A stretch of 64,000 nt of DNA, taken from contig CBDEUM010000012.1 in the NCBI GenBank assembly GCA_965242925.1, positions 1-64,000 on the forward strand, written 5' to 3'. This DNA comes from Roseibacillus sp. Lineage in GTDB: Bacteria > Verrucomicrobiota > Verrucomicrobiia > Verrucomicrobiales > Akkermansiaceae. Each line of letters starts with the position of its first letter. Position 1 is the stretch's first letter. The position numbers were made by a program, and so were the translations under genes. This document shows, one piece after another, positions 43,926-55,200 of this stretch. The notes under the pieces were generated by a model that was not told where the DNA came from, ran no database searches, and was given only the letters and a program-made list of their open reading frames with translations.

Positions 43926-46665
43926 GTGCAGCACCCCCTCCCCGGTCAGCGATGGACCAGTGCATCCCAGCCGGAACTCGGCCTGGGCCTCGTCATCACC
44001 ACGGAGGGTGACCGGGTCGAGATTTGCTTCCCCGCTGCTGAAGAAATGCGTCAGTATGTCTTCTCCTCTGCTCCCCTGATCCGCGTCCACTTCAAGGAGG
44101 GTGACCGGATCAAGGACCAGGCGGGCAAAGCGTTCACCGTTGAACGGGTTGAGGACCGGGATGGGCTTTACGTATACCACGCCGGGGAACACGAGATTCC
44201 GGAGGAGCATCTCTTCGACGCCTTGAGTTTCTTCAAGCCGGAAGAGCGCCTCCTCGCCGGTCAATGCGACGACCTCCCTTCCTTTGACCTCCGGGCCCAG
44301 GCCCTGCAGCATAATGGTCGCATTCGCAGCTCTCCCGCCCGGGGCTTCACGGGTGCTCGCATCGATCTCATTCCACACCAGGTCGCCATCGCCTCGGAAG
44401 CCGCCCGGCGACTCTCTCCCCGGCTTCTCCTCGCCGACGAAGTCGGACTGGGAAAGACCATTGAAGCCTGCCTCATCCTTCACCGCCTGCATCTTACCGG
44501 ACGTGCTGACCGGGTCCTCATTCTTGTTCCAGAGCCACTTGTCCATCAATGGTTCGTGGAATTGCTGCGCCGTTTCAATTTCCTCTTTGCCCTCTTCGAC
44601 GAAGACCGTTGCGCTTCCCTTGAGGCCAACGATGAGACCGGAAATCCATTCCTGGACAGCCAGCTCATCCTCTGCGCCACCGAATTTCTTGCCGAACAGC
44701 CGTCCCGGGCCGAACAGGCCAGAGCCGCGGGATTCGATCTCCTTATCGTGGATGAGGCCCACCACCTCGAATGGCATCCCAACGCGCCCAGTCCGGCCTA
44801 TTCTCTGGTTGAATCGCTTGCTGCGATCGTGGATTGCCTCCTTCTCCTCACTGCCACGCCGGAACAACTCGGACCGGAGGGCCACTTCGCGCGACTTCGC
44901 CTTCTTGACCCCAGCCGCTACGACAACCTCTCCACTTTCCGGGAGGAGGCGGAAGGTTACGAACCACTTGCCGACCTGGTGGGGAGGCTGGCCGACGGGG
45001 AATGCCCGACTGAAGAGGATCTCGCTCTCATCGCGGGGCGTTCGCCACGCACGGAAACCTCGGTCCGGGCTTTAGCGGAACACGATGAATCTGCACGAGC
45101 GGAGCTGATTCAAGATCTCATCGATTCCTTTGGCACCGGAAGGGTCATGTTCCGCAACACCCGGGATCGCCTCACCGGCTTCCCGGAGCGCAAACTGCAC
45201 CTTGTCACCCTTGATGCCGTTCAGGATGGGGACGGGATCGAGGCGCGCGTGGACTGGCTGTCGGAGTTCCTCCACGACTTCCCAGACCGCAAGGTCGTCG
45301 TCATCTGTCATTCCATGGAATTGGCCGAGTCGATTCGCTCTCTCCTCCTCGCTCGCATTCAGATTGAAGCCGCCCTCTTTCATGAGGAGCTTACCCTTCT
45401 TCAGCGTGACCGCAATGCCGCCTGGTTCGCAGAACCGGGTGGCGCCCGTGTCCTGATTTGCTCCGAAATTGGGTCCGAGGGTCGCAATTTTCAATTCGCC
45501 CACCACCTCGTCCTCTTCGATCTCCCGGCCAATCCGGAACTTCTCGAGCAGCGCATTGGAAGGCTTGATCGCATCGGACAGACGGAAACGATCAATATCC
45601 ACGTCCCGGTAATCAAGGGCAGCGGCGAGGAACTACTGGCGCGCTGGTATGCTGAGGGGCTTGACGCCTTTGAGCACTCCCTGAAGGGCGCGGCCACCCT
45701 GTCAGGAGCCCTCGGACCGGAACTCAGAACCCTCCAGCAAAATGGGGAGACGACTCACTTCGCGGAGTTTCTGGAACGCACCAGGACCATGCGGGATAAA
45801 GTGGCACGTGAACTTGCCAGCGGTCACGATCGCCTCCTTGAACTGGGCGCCCCTTCCACGGAGAAAACGAAAGAACTTATCGAGCAGATTTCGATTACCG
45901 ATCACGATCCCGCTTTCGAACAATTTGTCATTCGACTCTTCGACCACCTCGGACTGAGCATCGAGGACCTCTCCCTGCGGAGTTATGTTTTTCAGAGAGG
46001 TGAACGCCTCAGCGAGGCCTTTGGAGAGTTTCCCGAGGATGGACTCTCCGCCACCTTCGATCGAGACTGTGCCCTCACCCGGGAAGACATCGCCTTCATG
46101 ACCCCGGACCATCCGCTCTTCCGGGATGCCGTCGACTCCCTCCTCGGCCAGGAGCAGGGCAACTGCAGCTTTGCCCACTGGAAGACGGCACGGGGAAAGA
46201 CGATGCTCCTGGAGTGCTACTACGTCCTGGAGTGCCCTGCCCCCACCCGGTTGCACGCCGACCGCTTTCTCCCGCCCACCCCCTACCGCACAGTGGTTGA
46301 TCACAAGGGAAATGATCACAGCGAGGACGAGGGCTTGCCGACCGCCAACCTGGAACCAGGCAGTCCCCGCAAGCTCGGTCTCCCAGAAGGTATTCAGGAC
46401 GGACATCCTTCCTTCCATGCTCGCCCGGGCGGAGGAGATCGCAAGCGAACGGGCCCAGGCACAAGTTGAACAGGCGGTAAGCGCCGCTGAAAAATCACTG
46501 GCCGGCGAGATCGAGCGCCTCCGCGATCTGGCCCGACGAAACAACCACATCTCTCCCGCCGAGATCGAATCCCTCGTCGAACATCGCGACGAAATTAGTC
46601 GCCTTCTCGGCCAGTCGCGGGTGCGACTGGATGCCCTCCGCCTCATCTGGCGGACCCCGGGCTAG
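43926..46665 (+). CDS. rapA: RNA polymerase-associated SNF2 ATPase RapA (frameshift ~46375)
   Basis: GQRW.S..PELGLG, LLADEVGLGKT, DEAHH, GSEGRNFQF, EQRIGRLDRIGQ, RLDALRLI. Confidence 0.95.
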
Positions 46666-46744
46666 AAGCAATGTCCGGTGCAGGACACGCCGGGAACCAG
46701 AGGTTTACCTTTTCCGGACCGCCGCGACCCCGTAGCCTTCGCGC

Positions 46745-47158
46745 ATGAAACTTCTCATGCCCCTGATTCTCGTCTCTGTTCTCGGGGCCCTCCCGGCCAA
46801 TGCGGATCCTGGCAGAAATGCGACCGGGGCAATCGTCCATGTCAACGCCGTGAAAGCCGCTCAACTTCTTTCCAACAAGGACGAGAAGAAGCGTCCCGTC
46901 ATCATCGATATCCGGACTTTGGACGAGTTCAGGGAGACACACCTGAAAGGGGCCAGGCAGATCGATTTCCTTGAAGACGACTTTGCTGCCAGAATCAGGA
47001 AACTGGATCGCACCCGGGCCTATCTCATTCACTGCCGCAGTGGTGGCCGCAGCTCCCGCTCGCTTACCCTCTGGAATGAACTCGGATTCAAGAAGATCTA
47101 TCACCTCGATGGCGGCATCCTGGCCTGGCAAAAAGCCAGCCAACCCGTGGTCAAGTAG
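46745..47158 (+). CDS. Rhodanese-like domain protein (exported)
   Basis: IDIRT..EF...HLKGA, HCRSGGRS, LDGGILAW. Confidence 0.9.
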   Translation: MKLLMPLILVSVLGALPANADPGRNATGAIVHVNAVKAAQLLSNKDEKKRPVIIDIRTLDEFRETHLKGARQIDFLEDDFAARIRKLDRTRAYLIHCRSGGRSSRSLTLWNELGFKKIYHLDGGILAWQKASQPVVK

Positions 47159-47173
47159 CCGCTCCGAAAAGCA

Positions 47174-47536
47174 ATGCTGAAAACTCCGATTGGAAGACTG
47201 CGGCTTACAGGACTGCTGGAAGGGAGCTCTTACCTCGTCCTTCTCTATTGCTCGATTGTGCTCAAGCGGATCCAAGGCAACGCGGAGGCCATCCACCTCC
47301 CGGGCGCTATTCACGGCGGACTCTTCATCCTCCTCTGCCTCCTGCTCTGCCTCGCCCGCAAACCAGCGGGATGGTCACACAGGACCTGCGCCGTAATCTT
47401 CGGCGCAGCCCTTCTCCCATTTGGACCGTTCGTAATTGAACCCTGGCTCAGAAGGGAAGACCAGCGGGTAAGGAACCAACGACAGGCAAACGCCGCAGGC
47501 ATCCGCGCCGATGCATCCGGCCCCCTGGACCCTTAA
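47174..47536 (+). CDS. DUF3817 membrane protein
   Basis: LEGSSYLVLL, GAIHGGLF, ALLPFGPF. Confidence 0.8.
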   Translation: MLKTPIGRLRLTGLLEGSSYLVLLYCSIVLKRIQGNAEAIHLPGAIHGGLFILLCLLLCLARKPAGWSHRTCAVIFGAALLPFGPFVIEPWLRREDQRVRNQRQANAAGIRADASGPLDP

Positions 47537-47868
47537 CGGGCACAGTCTCCACAAAGGGTGGCCTCGGGCCGCTGCTCGAGACGGGCATAGGCGATCCACT
47601 GGCCGCACCCTTCGCAAAGCCCGTAAGCTCCCTCGTCCATCCTGCGAAGGGCCTCCTGCAATTCGTGAATACGCTGGTTACGACGGCGACTGGCATCCTT
47701 GCGCACCTCCTCCATCTGCATCGAGTCCAGCCTCGAGAGGCGACCGATCGCAACGTCCACCGCCACCGCCTGGGGGTCCACCTCCTCCGAGGTGGCCTCT
47801 TTCCTCAATTGCCCCAGTTCCCCCCGGGCGCGGATTTCCAACTCGATCTGTTCCTCCACGCTGAGCAC
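47533..47868 (-). CDS. TraR/DksA C4-type zinc finger protein
   Basis: IGRLSRLDSMQ, ALRRM..G.YG.CEGC...I...RL...P...LCGDC; GTG start inferred. Confidence 0.88.
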   Translation of the reverse strand: MLSVEEQIELEIRARGELGQLRKEATSEEVDPQAVAVDVAIGRLSRLDSMQMEEVRKDASRRRNQRIHELQEALRRMDEGAYGLCEGCGQWIAYARLEQRPEATLCGDCAR

Positions 47869-47986
47869 CCCAGCAGCATGCCGTCCCCTCCCCCTCGAGG
47901 CAAGATTGGGCACAGGAATCGCTCGCCAGCACGTTCCCCGTTGAGATTCTGATATCATGAAGCCCTCCCTCCTGTTCGCCAGCGCC
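47746..47986. repeat. Direct repeat B, copy 1 (traR/dksA 5' part, bidirectional promoter, truncated C25 start MKPSLLFASA)
   Basis: Colinear with 56791-57031, roughly 80% identical by eye. Confidence 0.9.
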
Positions 47987-48042
47987 CGGTTTCAGGAGCC
48001 AATCGCTTCACGCATCGTGCGATCGCGGATCGTGCCCAAGGA

Positions 48043-48076
48043 AAAACGCCGCAGTCCGCGAGGACTCCGGCGTTTT
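48043..48076 (-). terminator. Rho-independent terminator, potentially bidirectional
   Basis: AAAACGCCG-c-AGTCC-gcga-GGACT-c-CGGCGTTTT just downstream of the PEP-CTERM gene. Confidence 0.7.
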
Positions 48077-48096
48077 GAAATGAGTAATCCAGTCTC

Positions 48097-48846
48097 CTAG
48101 CCGCGGTTCCGGCGACGCAGGAAGGACAAGGTCAACACGGATCCGAGGAGGGCGAGAAGCGGGGCGCTCGGCTCGGGAATTGGGTTTGAGACGGCATTGA
48201 GCGCCACGTAGTCATGTCCCATCCAATTACCACCGCCGCTGGCGTTGTAATTGATCCCGCGCAATTCGACATAGTTATCGAACCCGGATCCAATCTCGCC
48301 ATTGACGCTCGCAAGGGTGAATTGCGGGGTGGTGATGACGGTGCTGAGGTTCCCGGGGTTGACCTCAACTTCCTCCCCCACGAGGACATTGTTGAAATAG
48401 ACCTCCACGCCGTAACGCTCGGTTCCACCCTGCCCATGCAGGTTGTTCGCCTCGAAGGAAACCGAGAACAGGTCGGTCGGATCGACGGTTGTCAGGTTGA
48501 AGTGAAAGCGGGAGTGATTGTCGGCGCCTGCAAAGGCCCGTTCAGCGCCAAGCTCATTGGTGGCAACGACCCCTACCGGAGTATAGGTGCCTCCGTCGAC
48601 CACGGTGTTGTAAACGCCTGCAAAGTAATAGTCGTCATCGCTCTGTCGGGCTACCAGCGAACTGTCGGGAGCTCCGGGAAGATCATTCACTGCTGTTTCC
48701 TGGACCCAGTTGACGTCAGGTCCACCACCAACCTGACCTTGAGGCCAAGCCCGTCCGGGGGCACCTGCTTGCCAGACAATGGCAGCTTGAGAAACCATTC
48801 CACTAAGCGCAAAAATGGTGATTAAGGGCATATGGGTTTTTGCCAT
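48097..48846 (-). CDS. PEP-CTERM protein
   Basis: Signal peptide; C-terminal IPEPSAPLLALLGSVLTLSFLRRRNRG. Confidence 0.88.
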   Translation of the reverse strand: MAKTHMPLITIFALSGMVSQAAIVWQAGAPGRAWPQGQVGGGPDVNWVQETAVNDLPGAPDSSLVARQSDDDYYFAGVYNTVVDGGTYTPVGVVATNELGAERAFAGADNHSRFHFNLTTVDPTDLFSVSFEANNLHGQGGTERYGVEVYFNNVLVGEEVEVNPGNLSTVITTPQFTLASVNGEIGSGFDNYVELRGINYNASGGGNWMGHDYVALNAVSNPIPEPSAPLLALLGSVLTLSFLRRRNRG

Positions 48847-49197
48847 GCCTGAAAACTGCCCACTCCCATGGCATGATGCAAACATTCTCATCGCTTATGT
48901 TCGCAAAACTGAGCTCCCACGGTCACATCGTTCTTGATATTCAGCCAATCCTGATTTCGCATGAACCCGCCCAATATCTCCTGGCCCCTTGTTTCCATGT
49001 GAATTTCTTGGACACGCGGCTCCGGCGAGTCCCCAAATAATGTCGCTCACCGCCCTTGATAAATTGGTTCCGCAAACACCCGCACCGGATCAGGCTCACT
49101 CTGGCGAGAGCGGGATATTCCGGGCAGCCCTGCCTCATCACACCCGGGAACTGCGAGTTGCACATCGTGCGCGCCCTGTTACCAACCTAAACGGCCG

Positions 49198-52100
49198 ATG
49201 ACCCTGTCCAAGTCCACCCGAGAACCCCTCGCCCGGGGGAAGCCCAACCCCTCGCCCAATCCTGGCCCTGATTGTTCTGACACTGGCGATGCCGGGCTGT
49301 AAACCGACGCAACGCCCCAACCAGGATTCCATTGTGGGCAACGATGCCGCTCAAATTCGCGAGCTGGTAAGCGTGGAGGAACGGATCCTCGCCCTCACCC
49401 CACAACTCCGCGAGCTCTCGAAAAGCATGCAGAACCTGCGCCTCCCGGACGGCCCCCGGCTGATCCACTTTGCGTCCGAGGTGACCGTGCGGGAAGCAGG
49501 GCAGACTGCGGACACCTCCGCCCCCGGGGATCTCGACCTGCTGCGCCCCCTCCTCAAGGAGGTGGCCTGGATCGAGCAGGCTTCCTTTTACTTCATCGAT
49601 GGGAGGTTTCCGGACGAGGAGGAGGATCTCTTCGAGGGTGAAGTGGGATTCCGTGGACTGGCCAAATTGAAATCCGGCGGATGGCAGGGACTGATCGGCA
49701 AGTTTCTCATCAAGTGGACCAGGGGCACAGGCGAGGAGGGTGCGGAATGGAAGATCAGCGGCTGGGAACAAAAGGAACTAGTGACCATGGCGAGTGCGCG
49801 GCGTCTCTTTGGCGATGCGCTGGGCACCGCCTTGCCCCGCCCGGCCGACCGGGCCCTCGCACATCGCTCTCCCCACCAGGAGGCCGCCATCAAGTTCTAC
49901 CAGGGGGCGCGAAGAAACATCCGCATCCCTACTTCGCTCCGATCTCCGTCAATCAGAAGCCCGGTCTCGCGGTGGTGGACATCGATTCAGATGGCGACGA
50001 TGACATCTATGTCACGGTCCGGATCGGGCGCAACCTGCTCTTCGAGAACCAGGGCGACGGCACTTTCGTGGAAGCGGCGGAGAAGTATGGGATCCACTTC
50101 ACCGGGCACTTCACCTGTGCGCTCTTCGCGGACTTCGACAACGACGGCGATCCGGACCTCTTCGTGGGCCGTAGCTTGAAACCCAGCCTCTACTTCGAGA
50201 ACCGGGCGGGCCACTTTTATCCCGGCCCGCAGCAGAAAGAGTTCCCGATGACGGCGGTCTCGGCTTCCGCGGCAGACTACAATGGCGACGGCTTGCTCGA
50301 TTTGTACCTGCTGACCTACCGTCCGTCGACAATCGGCGGCAACTCAAGTCCCTCGGGCGGCTCGGGCGGGGTCGGAGCACAAACCGAACACTGGCCTGAT
50401 CACTTTTTTCCGCCCGGGATGGCCGCGGAGTATTACCGCCGTCACAGGGAAGCAAACTCGCGAAACGATCCCCAGTTCCCGAACCTCCTCAACCAGATCG
50501 GACCGCCGAACATTCTCTATGTGAACCGCGGCAAGGGGCGCTTTGAAATTGCGGAGGAGAGCACCCAGTTGGGGATCTGGAGAAACTCCCTGCAGGCCAC
50601 CTGGGCGGATTATGACGAGGATGGCGACCCGGATGTCTTCATCGCCAACGACTGGGCGCCCGACAACCTCTTCCGCAACGACGGAGAGTCCGGCTTCACC
50701 GACGTCACGAAGGAGGCCGGCCTCACCGAATTCGGGTTCGCGATGGGGGCTACCTGGGGCGACTACGACAACGATGGCCTGCAGGACCTCTACGTCTCCA
50801 ACATGTTCAGCAAGGCGGGTGCCCGCATCACGAACCGCGTCCCGGGAATCGCCGAGATCTACAAGCAGTCCGCGGCCGGTAATTATCTCTACCGTCAGCG
50901 GCCCAATCACACCTTCGAGCTTGTCTCGGGAGACAAGCCCCCTGCCCTCGCGGTCACCAAGGCAGGCTGGTCGTGGGGTGGCCAGTTCGCCGATTTTGAC
51001 AACGATGGCTTTCTCGATCTCTACGTGCTGAGCGGATACTTCACCGCGCCCGAGGCCGTCTCATCGGAGCTGGACTTGTGAAGTAACCTCTGGCGCACGG
51101 TCGTGCGCACCGACAGCAACCTCGCCCGGCGCAGCTTCCGCTTTTCCGAGGAATGGAGGCGCCGCACCGGGGATGCCCCGCTCACCCCGCAGATTGACCG
51201 ACGCCTGCAGGGAGGCCGGGAGGAAGACGGCCGCTATGTCGTCCATTCCCTGAGCGGAATGGAGCGCAACCACTTCTTCATGAACCGGGACGGAAAAAAA
51301 TTCTCCGATCTCTCGCTGATTTCCGGGATCGACAATCCGGCGGACAGCCGCGGATTCGTCCTGCTCGATTACGATCACGACGGCTGGCAGGACCTCGCCC
51401 TGGTGAACGCCAACGAACCGCTCTTCAACATCTACCGGAATCAGACGGGCGAGGCTGAAGGAAAGGCGGACCACCATGTCATTGCGATTCGCTTCGAGGG
51501 CGGAGCCCGAGGAGAGGCCAGCCCCAACGAGAACTACGCTTGCCGCGACGGATATGGCGCCTTGGTCACCGCCGACCTGGGTGACCTGACGATCAAGCGC
51601 GAACATCGCTGCGGAGAGGGCTTCAGCGTGCAGAACAGCCGCACCATGGTGATTGGGATCGGCTCACGCGAAATGGTTCCCTCCCTCACGGTTCGGTGGC
51701 CATCAGGCAAGACAACCACCCGGGAGAACGTGGCAGCCGGCACCCTTCTCATCGCCTACGAAAATCCCACCCACTCGGGCGCCAGCACGCAGTTCACGCT
51801 GAGCAACTACCACGATGTTGTGCCGCGGAAGCAGGCCCCCGTCCCTCTCACCAGCTTTCCGATCACGGAGCCCGACGCCACCGCACCCATTCGGGTCTAC
51901 ACCACGATGGCCACCTGGTGTGTGGCATGTCAGTCGCATCTCCCGCAGCTCCAGGCCCTGAAGAACGGACTGGGTGAAGGGGCCGCTCTCATCGGCATTC
52001 CGATCGACCCGGACGATAACGCCAAGATGCTCACCGAGTACGCCGAGGAGTGGAAGCCTGCCTATCGCATCCGCGCCGACCTGGAATCCGACGCGCGCGC

Positions 52101-52248
52101 CGCAGTGACAAGGTTTCTTGCCGAGCAATCCGGCGAAGAGGCCGCCCTGCCCTCCACCATCATCACGAACGCCGAAGGCAAAGTCCTCAAGGTGATGTCC
52201 GGCGTGCCGGATGTCTCCATGGTTCGCAAACTCGCGGCCGGTCCTTGA
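49198..52248 (+). CDS. FG-GAP/CRTAC1-family lipoprotein with ASPIC/UnbV and thioredoxin-like domains; in-frame TGA 51079-51081 (candidate selenocysteine); frameshifts ~49240 and ~49905
   Basis: Lipobox-like ILALIVLTLAMPGC; seven D.D.DG..D repeats; ORFs 49681-51081 and 51103-52248 share a frame with no other stop; SLSGMERN, VRWPSG, ATWCVAC. Confidence 0.8.
51093..51108 (+). promoter_or_regulatory. Candidate bacterial SECIS element
   Basis: GCGCAC-GGTC-GTGCGC perfect 6-bp stem with GGUC loop, starting 11 nt after the TGA. Confidence 0.7.
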
Positions 52249-52253
52249 GCAGA

Positions 52254-55200
52254 TCAACGGGCCTGGACGCGTAAGCGGGAGAAGAAGCGCTCTCCGAGGC
52301 TTCCCGCAGGATTCAGTCGCACCGTCATGAGCACCCGGCCATCTCCGAGATTGACCACGCTGACTACCACCGCCTCCGCTCCGGCAGCCTGCCAGGATTG
52401 CAGGTCGTTGGAGTAGTCGATCTCGATGGTCGCCCCGTCCGCGGCGATACTGACAGGATAGATCAGGGTCGGCAGGGAGAGCATCTGTCCCTCGATATCG
52501 TAGTCCTGCATGGTGAAGGTCGCCTGAAGAGGACCTGCGCCGAGACCATTTCCAAACGCGTAGTCGAGAAGATCCGTAATCCCATTGCCATCCGCATCGC
52601 CCAACGGGTTTACGGGCAGCGGAAGGGCGTCCGTGTCATTCGGATTGCCATCCGGGAGCAGGCTCGCGCGCCAACTCGCAGGGTCATCCGGATCCGGGCT
52701 GGTCTCGGGCGCGATGAGGACGATGCTGTTTCCAAGCCCGTCCGCTTCCTCGGGCCACGGGGCGAGGTCGTTGTAGCGGAACTCCGCGATCGTGCCGTTG
52801 AGAGCGTCCTCCAGTTTCACAGTGTCGCCGCCGTTGTTGAGAGCACTCATATTCGCAAACACGCCGGCCACCGGCAGACCGATGCCGTGCACGCCTTCAA
52901 AGGCGGCGAGATTGCGGACCACGAGAACCCTCGCGCCAGGAGGCAGGCTGGTCACCGCACTGCCGGAGAAGTCGAACTGGATTCCTCCCGTGAAGCGAAC
53001 ATTGGTGAGATCGAGGGTAATCGAATCGCTGATGTTGATGAGTTCAATGAACTCGGTCAGCTCGCTTCCGAGTGGATGATACATGATCTCGGTGATCCGG
53101 AGGTAGAGCTGCGCGTCCGAGGGATTGCCCACGTAGGTAGTCGCACTGATCTCGTTGCCGGCCGAATCCGAAAGGGTGACGGTCTCGCCGAAGCTGGAAA
53201 GGTGCCCCTCGTATGCGCCCTGCACGAAGAGGCCCTCGCCGCCCTTGGGACTCTGAGTGCGGGCGCGGAAGGCGGTGACATCGGGGCTGACGTAAAGCGA
53301 ACTGCCCGCCGGGATGACGGTCCCGCCCTGGAAGGTAAACTCGATCCCGCCATCCAGCTTCCAATCCGAGATGTCGACCGCGATGTCGTTCGGATTGGTC
53401 AACTCGATGTACTCCTCGTCCTGGTTTCCCGAGGGAGGCGCAAACTCGAGCGCTCCGAAGTTGATGATCGGTTCGCCGGGAGGGCCCACTAACTGGGTCC
53501 CGCCGTAAAGTTCGGGCCTGATGATCATGTCGCTGCTCCCGGTGCCTTGGTTGAGACCATGAATAGCGAGGATATTCTGCCCGGCCTTCAGGGCTCCGAG
53601 GTGCTGCGTAATGTTGTAGATGTCGAAGCTCCCGGCATTGGCCTCGTGGCTGGCGTTGAGGGCCGCCGAGTTCCAGGTCACCGCCCCCGGTGCGTTCTCG
53701 GACTGGACCACCGTGCCATTGATGAAGGCCACGAACCCGTCGTCCCACTGCATGCGCAATTCGAGGCTGTCGAAGGCACTGGGATCCGCCACGTTGAAGG
53801 GGATGCGGATGTAGATGCTGTTGTTGCTCCTCATCTGCGTGTTGACGTCGGTGCCGATCAGGGATTGGTAACCACTGGTGCGCTCGTAGCCGATTCCGGT
53901 GGTCCCTGCGATCCAACCGGAGGTGTCGAAGGGCTCGAAGGCCGCGAGTCCGATCCAGGTAAGTCCCAGGCTGTTGTCGGAGGGGACAAAAGCATGCGAA
54001 GGCGCGGGGGCCTCTATCAGGGGAGTAAGCTGGAACGAGGCCGCACCGGTCTGCGGCAGGGGAATCTCCCCACCGTTGCCGACCGTCTGGTTGTTGTATA
54101 TCTCGTTGCGCCGCGCCGGAAGGTACTCGTTCTTCCAGCGCAGGACGGCCTCCGCCATCGACTCCACCGCGGGATTGGTATTCGTGTGGGAAACCGGCGA
54201 ACCGCTGCCCTGGAGCCACGATCCCCACTTGACAAAATCGCGCTGGGCATCCGAGGGGACGATCGAGGGCGGATCGATGAGGGCCGATTGCTCATCCAGT
54301 CGCCGCTCGTACCAGCGTTCGGCGAGAGGGGTGCCCGGCTCCTGGAGATAGCGGTCTGAGAGCGTCCGCATCCTGCGCAGGATCATGGATCGCAGCGCGG
54401 AATTGCCGAACATGTGGGAGACCAATCGGATCGAGCTTCCAGTCACCACGAGACCATGGGAGTATAGATTGTTGTCGAAATAGGTGTTTTGGGAGTTCCA
54501 GACGCGACCGCCGGAGAGGTCGAGGTCCCAGGGCAGGAGCGCCCACTCGTTGGTCTTCCCGGTGTCGCGATAGATATACCAGTTCTTCGAGTGCATATCG
54601 ATGTTCCGGATCACGGAGTTGGCGGCCAGCAGGTTGACGCACTTCGGAATGTCGATGTTGTCGTAGAGATAGTTGATGCGCGCGGTTCCACTCAGGGTGA
54701 GATTGTCGATGAGGGCCTGCAGGTCGGAGTTGTTCTCGAACTTGCGGTTCTTTTTCTCGAAGCCGCTGTTGGCGGAGCCGGTCAACCTGTTGCTGTAGGC
54801 CTTGTAGAGGGCACCATCCCTGTTGAGCCCGGCCCGCTCGAGGTAGATGTCGTCCCCGTCCTCCACAAAATCCGCGACGCTGAAGAAGGCCCCGTTCTGC
54901 TCGACGCGGACGGTGAAGGAGAAGTGGGCGGGGACACCCGACTCGCGCATGATCTCATAGGCAATCGGGTGGCGGACCTTGGACTTGTCCGCCCAGTTGG
55001 TGAGCAGATCGATATCGGCCACGCGCGGGATATCGGGATCGAGGCTCCACTGGAATCGCTGGGTCTTGTTGAAGTCGATGTTATAGCTCTTCTTGACGAA
55101 GCCACCGGTCGATTGACCGTGACGACTGAAGTGCACGTTGTCGTAGAACTGACCGAGGTAGTAGAGCGCGCCGATGGTCCCGTTCGTATTGTTGGCCGAG

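Noticed and set aside
49900..49912. Programmed frameshift in the candidate selenoprotein gene
   Set aside because: It falls at a G homopolymer like other indels in the window; sequencing error is the simpler explanation.
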